A stretch of DNA of 62,374 bases, counting the filler, from Chiloscyllium plagiosum (Eukaryota): the NCBI RefSeq assembly GCF_004010195.1. It is 4 parts of one record of this genome, joined end to end, with 100 filler letters (N's around TTAATTAATTAA, not from the genome) between each part and the next. Parts side by side here need not be neighbours in the genome. Positions count along the whole stretch, not along the records: positions 22,128 to 44,289 come from NC_057710.1; 3 more parts are not named here. One strand, given 5' to 3'. The translations under genes were made by a program, and so were the position numbers. The notes under the pieces were generated by a model. That model ran no database searches. It saw only the letters and a program-made list of their open reading frames with translations, and was not told where the DNA came from. Positions 25,460 through 38,950 of the stretch are shown piece after piece. Numbering within the stretch: the stretch's first letter is position 1; every line of letters begins with the position of its first letter.

Positions 25460-28400
25460 GTACCAATGCCTAGAGTGATCGGAGTGCAGGTCTATGCATA
25501 TTCAGCTGATCCTGAAACTACTGGACATGGGATTCCATATCTCCATAACATTTACTACAAGTAAACAGACAGACAATTGCTTGTTTAGGGCACATGGGAG
25601 CTGCAGTCTTGCAGGAGTGTGCAGGTGGCAGAAGTGCCATAGATAGGAGTTTCAGGAACGTAACCACACCTAAAGTTGAGACAGATACATGGGTGACAAT
25701 GAGGAGGGGCAGCCATGCAGAGCAGGAGACCCCTGTGGCTATTTCCCTCTCAAACAAGTATGCCATTTTTCGATGCGGTTCAAGGGGTGATCTGTCATGG
25801 GACGGTGACAGTCCTGGCCAGAACTATTGTACAATGGGGAGGGTCAAAGTGCAAGTGAGCAATAGTAGAACATAGAACAATACAGCATAGTCCAGACCCT
25901 TCGGCCCTCGATGTTGCGATGACCTGTGAAACTGATCTGAAACCCATATAACCTACACTATTTCATTATCATCCATATATTTATCCAATGGTCATTTAAA
26001 TGCCCTTAAAGTTGGCGAGTTTACTACCGATGCAGGCAGGGCATTCTACCCCTTATTACTCTGAGTAAAGAACCTACCTCTGACATCTGTCCTATATCTA
26101 TCACCCCTCAGTTTAAAGCTATGTCCCCTCGTGCTAACCATCACCATCTGAGGAACAAGGCTCTCACTGTCCAATCTATCTAATCCTCTGATCATCTTGT
26201 ATGTCTCTATTAAGTCACCTCTTAACTTTCTTCTCCCTAATAAAAACAGCCTCAAGTCCCTCAGCCTTTCCGCGTAAGGCCTTCTCTCCATATCAGGCAA
26301 CATCCTGGTAAGGTCTTCTGCACTCTTTCCAATGTTTCCACATCCTTCTGATAATGCGGCGACCAGAACTGTACACAATACTCCAAATATGGCTGCACCA
26401 GAGTTTTGTACAGCTGCAACATGACCTCATGGCTCCAAAATTCAATTCCTCTATCAAATAAAGCTAACAAACCGTATGCTTTCTTAACAACCCTATCAAC
26501 CTTGGTGGCAACATTCAGGGATCCATGCACATGGGCACCAAGGTCTCTCTGCTCATCCACACTACCAAGAATCTTACTATTAGCCCAGTAATCTATATTC
26601 CTGTTACTCTTTCCAAAGTGAATCACCTCACGTTTTTCCGCATTAAACTCCATTTGCCACCTCACAGCCCAGCTCTGCAGCTTATCTCTTCTTCTGTAAC
26701 GTGCAACATCCTTCCACACTCTCTACAACTCCACCAACTTTAGTGTCATCTGCAAATTTACTAACTCATCCTTCTACGCCCTCATCCAGGTCATTTTTAA
26801 AAATGACAAACAGCAGTGGCCCCAAAACAGATCCTTGTGGTACACCACCAGTACATAAACTCCAGGATGAACATTTCCCATCAACCATCACCCTCTGTCT
26901 TCTTTCAGCTGGCCAATTTCTGACCCAAACCGCTAAATCTCCCTCAATCCCATGCCTCAGAATTTTCTCGAATAGCCTCCCATGCAGAACCTTATCAAAT
27001 GGTTTACTGAAATCCAAATACACCACATCAACCGCTTTACCCTCGTCCACCTGTTCAGTCACCTTCTCAAGGACCTCAATAAGGTTTTGAGGCACGACCT
27101 ACCCTTGACTATCCCTAATCAAAGTATTCCTCTCTAGATGATTATAAACCCTACTTTTATGATCCTTTCCAACACTTGACCCACAACCAAAGTAAGGCTC
27201 ACTGGTCTATAATTACCAGGGTTGTCTCTACTCCCTTTCTTGAACAAGGGACATTTGCTATTTTCCAGTTTTCTGGCACTATTCCTGGAGACAATGATAA
27301 TATAAAGATCAAAGCCAAAGGCTCTGCAATCTCCTCCTGATCTTCCCAGAGATTCCTAGGGTAAATTCCATTTAGCCCAGGGGATGCATCTGTTTGCACA
27401 CCTCCCAGAATTGCTAATACCTCTCCTTATGAGCCTCAATCCCATCTAGTCTAATAGCCTGTATCTCAGTATTCTCCTCGACAACATTGTCTTTTTCCTG
27501 TGTAAATACTGACAAAAAATATTCATTTAGCGTCTCTCCTATTTCTTCGCAATCTGCACGCAGAGTCCTTGACAGGACCTAATCTTACTCTAGCCATTCT
27601 TTTATTCCTGTCATAGCTGGAGAAAACTTTAGGGTTTTCCTTGATCCTACCTGCCAAAAAATTATGTTCCCTCCTGGCTCTTCTTAGCTCTATCTTTAGA
27701 TCTTTCCTGGCTAACTTGTAACTCTCAAGCGCTCTAACTAAGCCTTCACATCTCATCTTTACATAAGCCTCTTTCTTCCTCTTGACAAGAGATTAAACTT
27801 CTTTAGTAAACCACAGTTCCCTCACTTGACCACTTCCTCCCTGCCTGACAGGTACATACTTATCAAGGACACAAAGTAACTGCTCCTTGAACAAGCTCCA
27901 CATTTCAATTGTGCCCACCCCCTGCAATTTCCTTTTTCATCCTCTGCATCCTAAATCTTGCCTAATCTGATCATAATTGCCTTCCCCCCAGATAAAACTC
28001 TTGCCCTGCGGTATATACCTGTCCCTTTCCACCGCTCAAGTAAACTTAACCAAATTGTGGTCACTATCACGAAAGTGCTCACCTACCTCTAAACCTATCA
28101 CCTGGCCCAGTTCATTACGCAGTACCAAACCCAATGTGGCGTTGCCTCTTGTTGACGTATCTACATAACGTGTCAGGAAACCCTCCTGCATACATTGGAC
28201 AAATATGACCCATCTCAGGGTCTTTCCACTCAATATTAGGAAAGTTAAAGACCCCATAACAACTACCCTGTTACTTTCACTCCTATCTAGAATCATCTTT
28301 GCAATCCTTTCTTCTAATCTCTGGAACTTTTCAGAGGCCTATAGAAAACTCCCAGCAGGGTGACCTCTCCTTTCCTGTTTCTAACCTCAGCCCATACTAC

Positions 28401-30410
28401 CTCAATAGACGAGTCCTCACCAAATGTCCTTTCTGCCACCGTAACACTGTCCTTTACTAGCAATGCCATACCTCCCCTTTAACCACCTTCCCTGTTCGTA
28501 CTGAAACATCTAAACCCCTGACTGAAACATTCCAGTCCTATTCTATCCATGTCTCTGAAATGGCCACAACATTGAAGTCCCATGTTCCAACCCAAGCTGC
28601 AAGTTCATCCAACTTATTCCGTTGAAGTAGACACACTTCAAACCACTTTCTTGCCTGCCTGTACACTCCTGCAACCTTGAAACCTTATTCATGACTTCAC
28701 TACACTCAATCTCTTATACACTGGAGCTACAATTCAGGTTCCCATCCCCCTGCTGAATTAGTTTAAATTCTCCCGAAGAGCATTAGCCAACCTCCCCCCC
28801 CAAACCCCTGGATATTGGTACCTCTCTAGTAGAGGTATAGACCATCTCGTTTGCCCCACCTGTCCCAGAATGAGCCTCAATTGTCCAGGTATCTGAATCC
28901 CTCCCTTCTGCACCATCCCTGTAGCCATATGTTCAACTGCTCTCTCTCACCATTCCTTGCCTCGCTAGTGTGTGGCACGGGTAACAAACCAGAGATATAA
29001 CAACTCTGTTTGTTCAAGCTCTAAGTTTCCACCCTAGCACCTTGAATTTCTGCCTTATATCTCCATCCCTTTTCCTACCTATGTCATTGGTGCCTATGTG
29101 GACCACGACTTTGAGGCTGCTCTCCCTCCCCCTTAAGGATTCCAATAAGAAGATCTGAGACATCATGGACCCTGACACCTTGGAGGTAACACACCAACCG
29201 CAAGTCTCTCTTGTTCCCACAAAATCTCCTATCTGTCCCCCAACTATGAAGTCCCCAGTGACTAATGATCTACTCCTCTCCCTCTTCCCTTCTGAGCAAC
29301 ATGGACAGACTCTGTGCCAGAGACCTGTACCCTTTGGCTTACCCTGGTAAGTCGTCCCCCAAACAGAATCTAAAACAGTACACTTGTTGTTGAGGGAAAC
29401 AGCTACAGGAGATTCCCTGTACTGTCTGCCTGTTCCCTTTCCGTCTCTGACTGTCACCCATCTACCTTCTTTCTGTACCTGAGGTACGACTACCTCCCTG
29501 TAACTCCTCTCAATTACCCCCTCAGCCTCCAGAATGATCCGAAGTTCATCCAGCTCCAGCTCCAGTTCCCTAACGCAGTTTACGAGAAGTTAGCGTTGGG
29601 TGCATTTCACGCAAATGAAGAGACTCTATAGTCAAGAGCAAAGATAGGCATTCCTGTGGCCACAAGTAAGATTACAGGATAGTACCTCCCTTGTGCCAGG
29701 GTCAAGGATATCTCTGAACAGACACAAGGAAGGGAGATGAGGTCCTGCAAAAGGAACTTCAGGAGTTAGGCAGAAAATTAAAAAGCAGGATCTCCTTGGT
29801 TGTAATCTCAGAATTATTCCCCATGCCACATGCTAGTGAGGTCAGGAAAAGGAAGATAGTACAACTGAATTTGTGGCTAATGAGCAAGTATAATAAGGAG
29901 GAATATTTGGATAATTGGAATTTCTAGCGGAGTAAGTGGGACCTGTACAAAAAAGGATGGGCTGCACCTGAACTGGGAATGAGGTTTGCTAGTGCTCCTA
30001 AAGAGCACTATGATGGGTCTTGTGGGAACCGGAGCAGCAGGTCAAGATGTGAGGAGAAGGTAGTGTTTAAAAGGTTGAAGAAGCAGTGCCAGATTAACTA
30101 ACAAGGCAGGACTATAAACAGTGTATTGAGTAAGCCAGGAAGGAGAAATCTTAAAAAGATGCTAATGGATGGAATAGCTTGTAAAGCCAAAATTAGGGTT
30201 CTTTAAATAAAGGAACAAAGGTAAACAACAAATGAAATGAGTTGCAGGCACAGATTGAAATTAGAAACTATGATATTGTAGCCATTACTGCTGCAGGATG
30301 GCCAGGACTGGGAACTAAACATGCCAGGTTATAAGGTTTAGAGGAGGAATAGAGAAAATGGCAGATGGGGTGGAGTAGAGTTACTGATTAGAAAGACTTC
30401 TATGGTAAGG
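25460..30410 (+). mobile_element. Older CR1 (ORF1 esterase and APE start) split by a nested CR1
   Basis: Left piece ends with AIV at about 25865; right piece resumes DSIVKSKDRHSCG at about 29620 and continues to YDIVAIT..WELNMPGY. Confidence 0.75.
25866..29615 (-). mobile_element. Near full-length CR1 LINE (ORF1 SGNH-esterase, APE, RT, 3' tail), degenerate
   Basis: VVVHIGTNDIGRKR (ORF1), [30 protein letters not shown], tail tagaacatagaaca. Confidence 0.93.
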
Positions 30411-30440
30411 GATTTAGATTTAGATTTTGTCACATGTACT

Positions 30441-30730
30441 AGACGGCATAGGTTTAGAGTGAGAGGGGAAAGATAGAAAAGAGACCTATGGGGCAACGTT
30501 TTCCACGCAGAGGGTGGTGCGTGTATGGAATGAGCTGCCAGAAGAAGTGGTGGAGGCTAGTACAATTGCAACATCTAAAAGACATTTGGATGGGTATATG
30601 AATAGGAAGGGTTTGGAGTGATACGTGCTGAGTTCTGGCAGATGGGAATAGGTTGAGTTGGGATATCTAGTCAGCATGGACAGATTGGACCAAAGAGTCT
30701 GTTTCCATGCTGTTCCGTGCTCTATGACTT
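30441..30730 (+). mobile_element. 5'-truncated CR1 (HER1-like) 3' end
   Basis: Matches the 3' end of 49170-50790; tail ctctatgact. Confidence 0.85.
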
Positions 30731-31172
30731 AAGTACAGGAGCGAGAAATGTACAATGTCACCATTCCAAGTTCAATCTTAGTCATAAAGATACTTAGGTA
30801 CAAAATCTTAGGTCCAAAAATTGAAATATAAAGAAGTTAAGAAGTCCATCATCACTACAGTTCTTTTTAGTATAAAGTAGAAAAGTAAAAAAATAAAGTG
30901 AGAAGTTAAGCATTACTGGCTTTTCTAAAGCAACAGGCCTTCAAATGCTCCATGCTGATCTTTCCCCATGAGGGCGTGCTGTCCCCAGTGCTGGGTACGC
31001 TTTCACCTGTGCTGGGTGAAGTTCCACTCAGGCTCGCCGGTCGCTATGCAGCTAATTGCCGGTTTGGTCGCTAGCTGCTTCACCGCTGACCACACTTTGG
31101 ACTTGTGCTGTGTCCCAGCCAAAGTCATGTTTTGTTGCTGCTGCTGACTAAACTCTCTCTGCTCTCGGCTAT

Positions 31173-31492
31173 GGGCGGCATGGTGGCTCAGTGGTTAGCA
31201 CTGCTGCCTCACAGTGCCAGGGACCTGGGTTCAATTTCCGCCTCAGGCGACTGTCTGTGTGGAATTTGCATGTTCTCCCCATGTCTGTGCGGGTTTCCTC
31301 CAGGTTTCCTCCCAAAATCCAAAGATGTCTAGGTCAGATGAACTGGCCATGCTAAATTGCCCATAGTGTTCAGTGCATTAGCCAGGGGTAAATATAGGGT
31401 AGGGGAATGGGTCTGAGTGGGTTGCTCTTCAGAGGGTTGGTGTGGACTTGTTGGGTCAAAGGGCCTGTTTCCATACTGTAGTAATCTAATCT
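31173..31492 (+). mobile_element. HE1-type SINE
   Basis: Same family as the other HE1 copies. Confidence 0.9.
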
Positions 31493-31614
31493 CTCCAAAA
31501 GATAAATAAAAAAGCATTAAAAATTGAAAAAAGTGGAAAAGGAAAATAAAAAAATGAGAAAAGAAAAAAGAAGCGGTAGGTATTGAATACACAATTGACT
31601 TAATGATAGAAAAC

Positions 31615-32108
31615 ACAGGATAATAGTGGAAGGATACTTGTCGGAATGGACACCTGTGATTAATAGAGTGTCTCAGGGATCACTGCTGGGCTCATTATTG
31701 TTTGCTATCTATATCAATGATTGGAATGAGAATATACAAGGCGTGATCAGTAAGTTTGCAGATGACACTAAAATAGGTGGCATCATGGACAGGAAGGTTA
31801 TCAGAAATTGGAGCAGGACCTTGATCAGCTGGGGAATTGGGCTGAAAAACGGCAATAGCGTTCCATATAGATAAGTGTGAGGTCTTGCGTTTTGGAAAGT
31901 CAAATCAAGTTTCATGGTGAATGGTAGAGCCTTAAGGAGTGCAGTGGAACGGAGGGACCTTGGAGTTCAGGTGCAACATCCTCTGAAAGTGGGGTCACAG
32001 GTAAACAGAGCAGTGAAGAAGGCTTTTGGCACACTGGCCTGTATCAGTCAGAACACTGAGTATAGAAGTTGGCAAGTTATGTTGCAGTTGTACAGGACGT
32101 TGGTGACC
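31615..32108 (+). mobile_element. CR1 RT fragment
   Basis: VSQGSLLG, ISKFADDTKIGG. Confidence 0.88.
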
Positions 32109-32109
32109 A

Positions 32110-32400
32110 GATAGGTGGGAAGGAAGATGGACAGATAGGACAGGTCAAGAGGGCAGTGCCGAGTTGGAGGGTTGAATCTGGGATGAGGTTGGGGGAGGGG
32201 AGATTTGAAAACTAGCTAAATCAATGTTGATGCCGTGTGGTTGGAAGATGAGGCATTGTTTCTTCAGTTGGTGGGTGGCTTAGATTTAGTGGTGGAGGAG
32301 GTCCAGGACTTGCATGTCCTTGGGAGAATGGGAGGGGGAGTTGAATTGGTCAGCTGCAGGGTGATGGCATTGTTTGATGCGTATGTTCCAGAGATATTCC
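32110..32400 (-). mobile_element. Penelope-like 3' body remnant
   Basis: Purine-rich pLTR body similar to 38570-38760; minus strand QPHGINID resembles a PLE ORF C-terminus. Confidence 0.5.
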
Positions 32401-32884
32401 TTCAGATGCTCATGTTGGTGTCATGCTTCCCCTATTATTAATGAAGGATTATTAAAAAACAAGAAGTTTAAAACTAACCTTTAAATGGAGGTGGAAAAGT
32501 GAACATTGGTTATGCTAGCATCATGAGTAGCTACCTATGGTCACTGGCAAAGAAGATTTAGGTAAGAATTTGATATAGCATAGATGGCCAGCACTCAAAA
32601 TAATATCTACCAACAGGGATAAGTGGGGAGAGACAGTTACAAGCAAGAGGATCCATGGACATGAATTACTACCATCTTGGAAGAAGACCAGGAATTCTCT
32701 TACATCAGGAAAGGAAGGAACAAAAACTTCACTTTAAAACGATTGTACTCCCTCCCCCTCCATTCTACAGGACAGCTTTGGGATTGGCTAATTCAACAAA
32801 TTATCAGCTCTAGACGTTCTGCTCCTTAACAAACTCAATAATCAATAAGAAAATTGCTGTAAGCCATTGATTGTCAATAGTGGA

Positions 32885-33250
32885 GTGGTTTTGATTTATC
32901 ATTGTCACATGTACCGAGATACAGCGATCAGTATTGTACTGCATGCTAACCAGAAAAATGATATCTTACATAAGTACATCAGGGTGATAGAACAGAATGC
33001 AGAATATAGTGTAACAGTTGCAGAAGAAGATCAACTCTCTAACATATGAGGGGTAGATTCATAAGTCTGATAACAGCAGTGAAGAAGCAGTTTTAAAGTC
33101 TGTTGATATGTGTTTGCAAGCTTTTATATCTTCTGCCTTATGGAAGAGGGTGGAAGAGAGTATAAGCAGGATGGGAGGGGTCTTTGATTATTTTGGCTGC
33201 TTTCCTGAGGCAGCGGGAAGTGTAGATAGTGTCAAATGGAAGGGAGATTG
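32885..33250 (-). mobile_element. Rex1/Babar-type LINE 3' end
   Basis: attgtcacatgtaccgagatacag tail, similar to 24580 and 44795. Confidence 0.65.
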
Positions 33251-33254
33251 GTTC

Positions 33255-34600
33255 ATAAATTCATAGACCCTTCGGTCTAACTCGTCCATGCTGACCTTTA
33301 TCCTAAATTAATTTAGTCCCATTTGCCAGCAATTGGCCCATATCCCTCTTAACTCTTGTAAATGTTGTAATTGTTTCAGCCTCCATCACTTTCTCTGGCA
33401 GCTCATTCCATACACGCACATCCCTTTGTGTGAAAAAGTTACCCCTCTGCTCCCTTTTAATCTTAAACCTATCTCATCCTAAACCTATGCCCTTTAGCTC
33501 TCGACTCCCCCACCCCAGGGAAACGACCTTGTCTATTTCCCCTATGCAGACATTCAATCCATGTGACATTTTATAAATTCCTACTTTGGAAACAGAACCA
33601 GTCTGATACAAGGTTGGAGTACATCCAGGCTCTAACCTCATACCTTTAATGCATTGTCTGAGCTGAGATGTCACCTATCTTTGTAAACCTTAAGTTATCT
33701 CGGGAATGTGACTTAAAAGAGTTCTGGGATTTACATATGAATGAATTGAAACCTGCAACCCATTCTAAAGGATGGAAGACTTAACAGCATAACTAGGTTT
33801 GTTCAACATATTGTATCAGTTGCATGACACTTCGATCTTCTGCTGTAAATTGTGTCTTATGATCCTGCCCCACTAGCCACCTGATGAAGGAGCATCGCTC
33901 TGAGAGCTAGTACTTCCAAATAAACCTGTTGGATGATAGACTGGTGTTGTGTGATTTTTAACTCTTCCTATAAGCGGAAGACCATAATTGCACACAATAC
34001 TCAAAATGTGACCTGTCCAGCTGCAACATGAACTCCCAAATCCTATACTCATTGCTCTGACCAATAAAGGAAAGCATACCAAAAGCTTTCTTCACTATCC
34101 TATCTATCGGTGATTCTACTTTCAAAGAACTATGAATTTGCACTACAAAGTCTCTTTGTTCAGCAACACTCCCTAGGACCTTACCATTAAGTGTATAAGT
34201 CCTGCTCTGATTTGCCTTTCCAAAATGCAGCACCTCACACTTATCTAAATTAAACTCCATTTGCTACTCCTTAGCCCATTGACCCATCTGATTAAGATCC
34301 TGTTGTACTCTGAGGTAACCTTTGTCACCGTCCACTGCACCTTCAGTTTTGGTGTCATCTGCAAACTAACTATACTTCCTATGTTCATATCCAAATCATT
34401 TACATAAATGACAAAAAGCAGTTGACCCAGCATTGATCTTTGGTGGCATATCGCTGGTCACAGGCCTCCAGTCTGAAAGGCAACCACCAGCCTCTGTCTT
34501 CTAACTTTGAGCCAGTTCTGTATCCAAATAGCTAGTTCTCCCTGTATTTCACGAGATCTAACCTTGTTAACCAGTCCACTATGAGGAACCTTGTTGAATA
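33255..34600 (-). mobile_element. CR1 RT and 3' end interrupted by a Penelope pLTR
   Basis: MEFNLDKCEVLHFGK etc.; insert at about 33600-33965. Confidence 0.88.
33600..33965 (+). mobile_element. Penelope pLTR with degenerate hammerhead core
   Basis: ctgatgaaggagcatcgctctgagagctag at 33881-33910; end shared with the elements at 39747 and 41376. Confidence 0.7.
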
Positions 34601-35469
34601 CCTGTCTTCTAGTCTGAGATTGTCCCCCAAGGGGAAGCAAACTTTCCTCATCTGACCTGCTGTTATGAGACTTTTGAACATACTTCTACAATATTAATGT
34701 TGAGCTCTCTTCCTCTGCATCTTCTCTGCAGCTGTAACACTGTACTCTGCACACTGTTCTGCTACCCTGTTGCACTTTGTATGGTACAATCTGCAAAACA
34801 ATACTCTACACCATATCTTGGTATATGTGACAACAATAAATCAAACTCAATCAAATTCAAACACAAACCCATAAAGTCCCCTAAGAATCTGGTATGTTTC
34901 AATAAGGTCTCTTTTCATTCTTTTAAACTCCACTGAGGATAGGCCCAACATCTTACAAGACAGTCCTTTCATACCCAGGATCAAGCATGCAAACTTTTTC
35001 TGGGCTGCATTCAATGCCGATATTTTTTTCCTTGGAAAAGAGAAGCAAATGTGTTCAGAGTTCCAGGTATGATTGAAATAGTACTTTGACTTTCCTATTT
35101 TTCATACTCTACTCCATGTAAAAGTTCAATGTTCATTTATCTACTCCATTACCTACTGAAATGCATGCTAGATTCCAGTGATATATGCAAAAGGACTCCA
35201 AAGTCTCCCAGTGCTGTAGCTTACTTCAATCTTTCTCCATTTAAAGAATATTCAACTCCTCTATTCTTCCTGCTAAAGTACATAACCTCACATTTTCCAA
35301 CATTCAAATATTTGTCCATTCGCTTATGTTGTTTATATTCTCCACATCTGTGTCATCCTCACTACTACTTGGCAGTAGTACATCACGTTCCTCATCTAAA
35401 CCATGAAGGCATATTATCAGTAATTGTAGCCCCAGCTCTGATTCCTGCAGCACTTCACTAATTACATGG

Positions 35470-36700
35470 AGTCATAGAGATGTACAGCAAGGAAACAGAC
35501 CCTTCGGTCCAACCAGTCCACGCCGAAAAGATATCCCAACACAATCTAGTCCCACCTGCCAGCACCCGGCCCATATCCCTCCAAACCCTTCCTATTCATA
35601 TATCGATCCAAATGCATCTTAAATGCTGCAGTTGTACCAGCCTCCACCACCTCCTCTGGCAGCTCATTCCATACATTTTCATACTCTGTGTGAAAAGGTT
35701 GCCCCTTAGGTCTCTTTTATATCTTTCCCCTCTCACCCTAAACCTATGCCCTCTAGTTCTGGACTCCCTGACCCCAGGGAAAAGACTTTGTCTAATTACC
35801 CTATCCATGCCCCTCATAATTTTGTAAACCTCTATAAGGTCACCTCTCACCCTCCGACATTCCAGGGAAAATAGCCCCAGCCTATTCAGCCTCTCCCTGT
35901 AGCTCAAATCCTCCAACCCTGGCAACATCCTTGGAAATCTTTTCTGAACCCTTTCAAGTTTCACAACAACTTTCTGACAGGAAGGAGACCAGAATTGCAC
36001 GCAATATTCCAACAGTGGCCTAACCAATGTCCTGTACAGCCGCAACATGACCTCCCAACTCCTGTACTCAATACTCTGACCCCAATAAAGGAAAGCATAC
36101 CAAACGCCATCTTCACTATCCTATCTACCTGCGACTCCACTTTCAAGGAGTTATGAACCTGTACTCCAAGGTCTCTTTGTTCAGCAACACTCCCTAGGAC
36201 CTTACCATTAAGTGTATAAGTTGTGCTAAGATTTGCTTTACCAAAATGCAGCATCCCGCATTTATCTGAATTAAACTTTATCTGCCACTTCTCAGCCCAT
36301 TGGCCCATCTGGTCAAGATCCTGTTGTAATCTGAGGTAACCCTCTTCGCTGTCCACTACACCTCCAATTTTGGTGTCACCTGTAAACTTACTAACTATAC
36401 CTCTTATGCTCGCATCCAAATCATTTATGTAAATAACAAAAAGTAGAGGGCCCAGCACCGATCCTTGTGGCAGTCTACAGGCATCCAGTGTGAAAAACAA
36501 CCCTCCACCACCACCCTCTGTCTTCTACCTTTGAGCCAGTTCTGTATCCAAATGGCTAGTCCTCCCTGTATTCCGTGAGATCTAACCTTGCTAATCAGTC
36601 TCCCATGGGGAACCTTGTCGAACGCTTTACTGAAGTCCATATAGATCACAGCTACTGCTCTTCCCTCATCAATCCTCTTTGTTACTTCCTCAAAAAACTG
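35470..36700 (-). mobile_element. Young CR1 (HER1-like) RT and 3' end
   Basis: Long RT ORFs 35596-36649; close to the reverse complement of 49600-50790. Confidence 0.93.
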
Positions 36701-37559
36701 CTCCTATTATTCCAACCTTCTGACTTCTTATAAATTAGCCCAAAGTCCTCTATCCATATTAATATACTACCTCAAACATTATCTTATTAAATAGTCTTAA
36801 GTATTGTACTTGAACAAACACCTGTTGGAAATGCAGATAAATTATGCCTACTGCTTCCTTTATGTCTATCCTGCTTATTAACTCTTCATAAAATATTAAT
36901 AAATTTGTTAAGTGTAATTTTCCCTTTGTGAAGACATGCTGACTGTGCTTGATCATACTTAGCATTTCTAAATGCTCTACTATTACATCCTTAATAAATA
37001 CACAAACATTTTCCAAATAACAGATGCTAAGCTAACTGGACTATTGTTCCCTTTTCTGGTCTCCTTCCCAATTATAAATTACGAATTATTCACAGTTTGT
37101 TTATACTGGAAATCAAAAGCCAGAAAATACAGCAAAAATGCACAGCCAGTCCAGGTACTTCTGGAAAGGGAAAAGACTGGGTGATTCACATGTAGAGTAC
37201 AGACTCTGTATCGGATCCAGTAAAATTCAAATAAACTTCATCCAAATAAAACATTGAACTGTCTTTTCTCCTTTGCAGTATACATGATTTAACTGTTGTC
37301 AATTTCATGCATATACTGTCCATTACAAAAATAGGACTTGCAGTGAAAAGGCACCTTTCACGATGTCAGCACATCCTAAAGCGCTGTCCAATCAATTTAG
37401 TATTTGTTTGAAATGTTGATCATTATTGCAATGTGGAAAAAGTTGGAGTCAATTTGCACACAGCAAGGTCCTATAAGCAGTGTGATGTTCATTGAGGGAT
37501 AAAAGCTGGCTAGAACACTAAGGAGAACAAGCTTGCTGTTTTAGAGGCAAAAGCACTAC

Positions 37560-37725
37560 CCATAACTGGGTAATCCCAGGGTTTCTTCTTCCACCGTGGA
37601 GTATCCCACTGGCTTCTCTATAATGCATTTTCAAAAGCTTCATGGTTTTCCATTTAGTTTTAGGGGCAGAGAACTCAATTACTGCTGTACCTTTGCTGTT
37701 CTTGGCAGAACATGTCCTTGCACTA
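37560..37725 (-). CDS. Weak candidate coding exon
   Basis: Unique sequence, open frame SARTCSAKNSKGTAVIEFSAPKTKWKTMKLLKMHYREASGILHGGRRNPGITQLW; acceptor ttaccacatag, weak donor TGG|gtagtg. Confidence 0.22.
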
Positions 37726-37976
37726 CTATGTGGTAAATGATGCATACTTTTGCAAACTTACTATTACCAAGATTTATCACCAAACCAGCTACTATAATTT
37801 TCCAAAGAGAGCTACTGTTGTTTCAAGTAGTGTTTCCAAAGCCACTCTACATCAGCACATCATCAACATAAATCACACAGTTAGAAACACTGGCTACCAC
37901 TTCATTCATTTATCTCTGGAAATTTATTGCGGCTTTTTTTTTAGCCAAATGGCATCACTCAAATCCTCATATCTCA

Positions 37977-38371
37977 GGACGTAGGTTTGCTCGCTGAGCT
38001 GGAAAGTTCACTTTCAGACATTTCGTCACCATACTAGATAACATCTTCAGTGAGCCTCTGGATGAAGCACTGCTGATGATTCCGGTGGTAACCTGAACTC
38101 TATCAACAAACACATTGACTTGGACCCGATTTCCCACCTCCTGTGAAAAAGAACAGGAAATGACATCACCACCGGAAATGACATCACCAACCCAAAGAAA
38201 CCCAAACATGTAAATACAAGCAGGAATCATCAGCAGTGCTTCGTTCGGAGGCTCACTGAAAGTGTTATCTAGTATGGTGACGAAACATCTGAAAATGAAC
38301 TTTCCAGCTCAGCGAGCAAACCTACATCCAGAACCTCAACCTGAGCTACCAGTCTTCTCAAAACTAACTAA
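37977..38371. mobile_element. Fold-back Penelope insertion (second family)
   Basis: Inverted arms of about 107 bp; interior encodes SINKHIDLDPI (PLE ORF C-terminus-like); TSD ctcatatctca at 37966-37976 and 38372-38382. Confidence 0.88.
38017..38050 (-). ncRNA. Minimal hammerhead ribozyme motif
   Basis: Minus strand UCA-CUGAAGA-U-GUUAUC(UAGUAU)GGUGAC-GAAA-U-GUC-UGA with a 3-bp stem I. Confidence 0.62.
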
Positions 38372-38410
38372 CTCATATCTCATTTGCTTAGAGTGTTAAA
38401 GGACCTTTGA

Positions 38411-38950
38411 GAGAAAGTGAGGGCTGCAGATGCTGGAGATCAGAGCCGAAAATGTGTTGCTGGAAAAGCGAAGCAGGTCAGGCATCATCCAAGGAACAGG
38501 AGAATCAATGTTTCCGGCATAAGCCCTTCTTTAGGAATGAGGAAAGTGTGTCCAGCAGGCTAAGATAAAAGGTAGGGAGGAGGGACTTGGGGGAAGGGCT
38601 TTGGAAATGCGATAGGTGGAGGGAGGTCAAGGTGAGGGTGATAGGCCGGAGTGGGGTGGGGGCGGAGAGGTCAGGAAGATGATTGCAGGTTAGGAAGGCG
38701 GTGCTGAGTTTGAGGGATTTGACTGAGACAAGGTGGGGGGAGAGGAAATGAGGAAACTGGAGAACTCAGATTTCTCCTTCCACCTATCGCATTTCCAAAG
38801 CCCCTCCCCAAGTCCCTCCTCCCTACCTTTTATCTTAGCCTGCTGGACACACTTTCCTCATTCCTGAAGAAGGGCTTATGCCCGAAACGTCGATTCTCCT
38901 GTTCCTTGGATGCTGCCTGACCTGCTGCGCTTTTCCAGCAACACATTTTC
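38411..38950. mobile_element. Fold-back Penelope insertion
   Basis: Inverted arms of about 175 bp; direct repeat agtgttaaagga at 38392-38403 and 38951-38962. Confidence 0.88.
38864..38891 (+). ncRNA. Minimal hammerhead ribozyme motif
   Basis: CUGAAGA-A-GGGC(UUAU)GCCC-GAAA-C-GUC. Confidence 0.72.
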
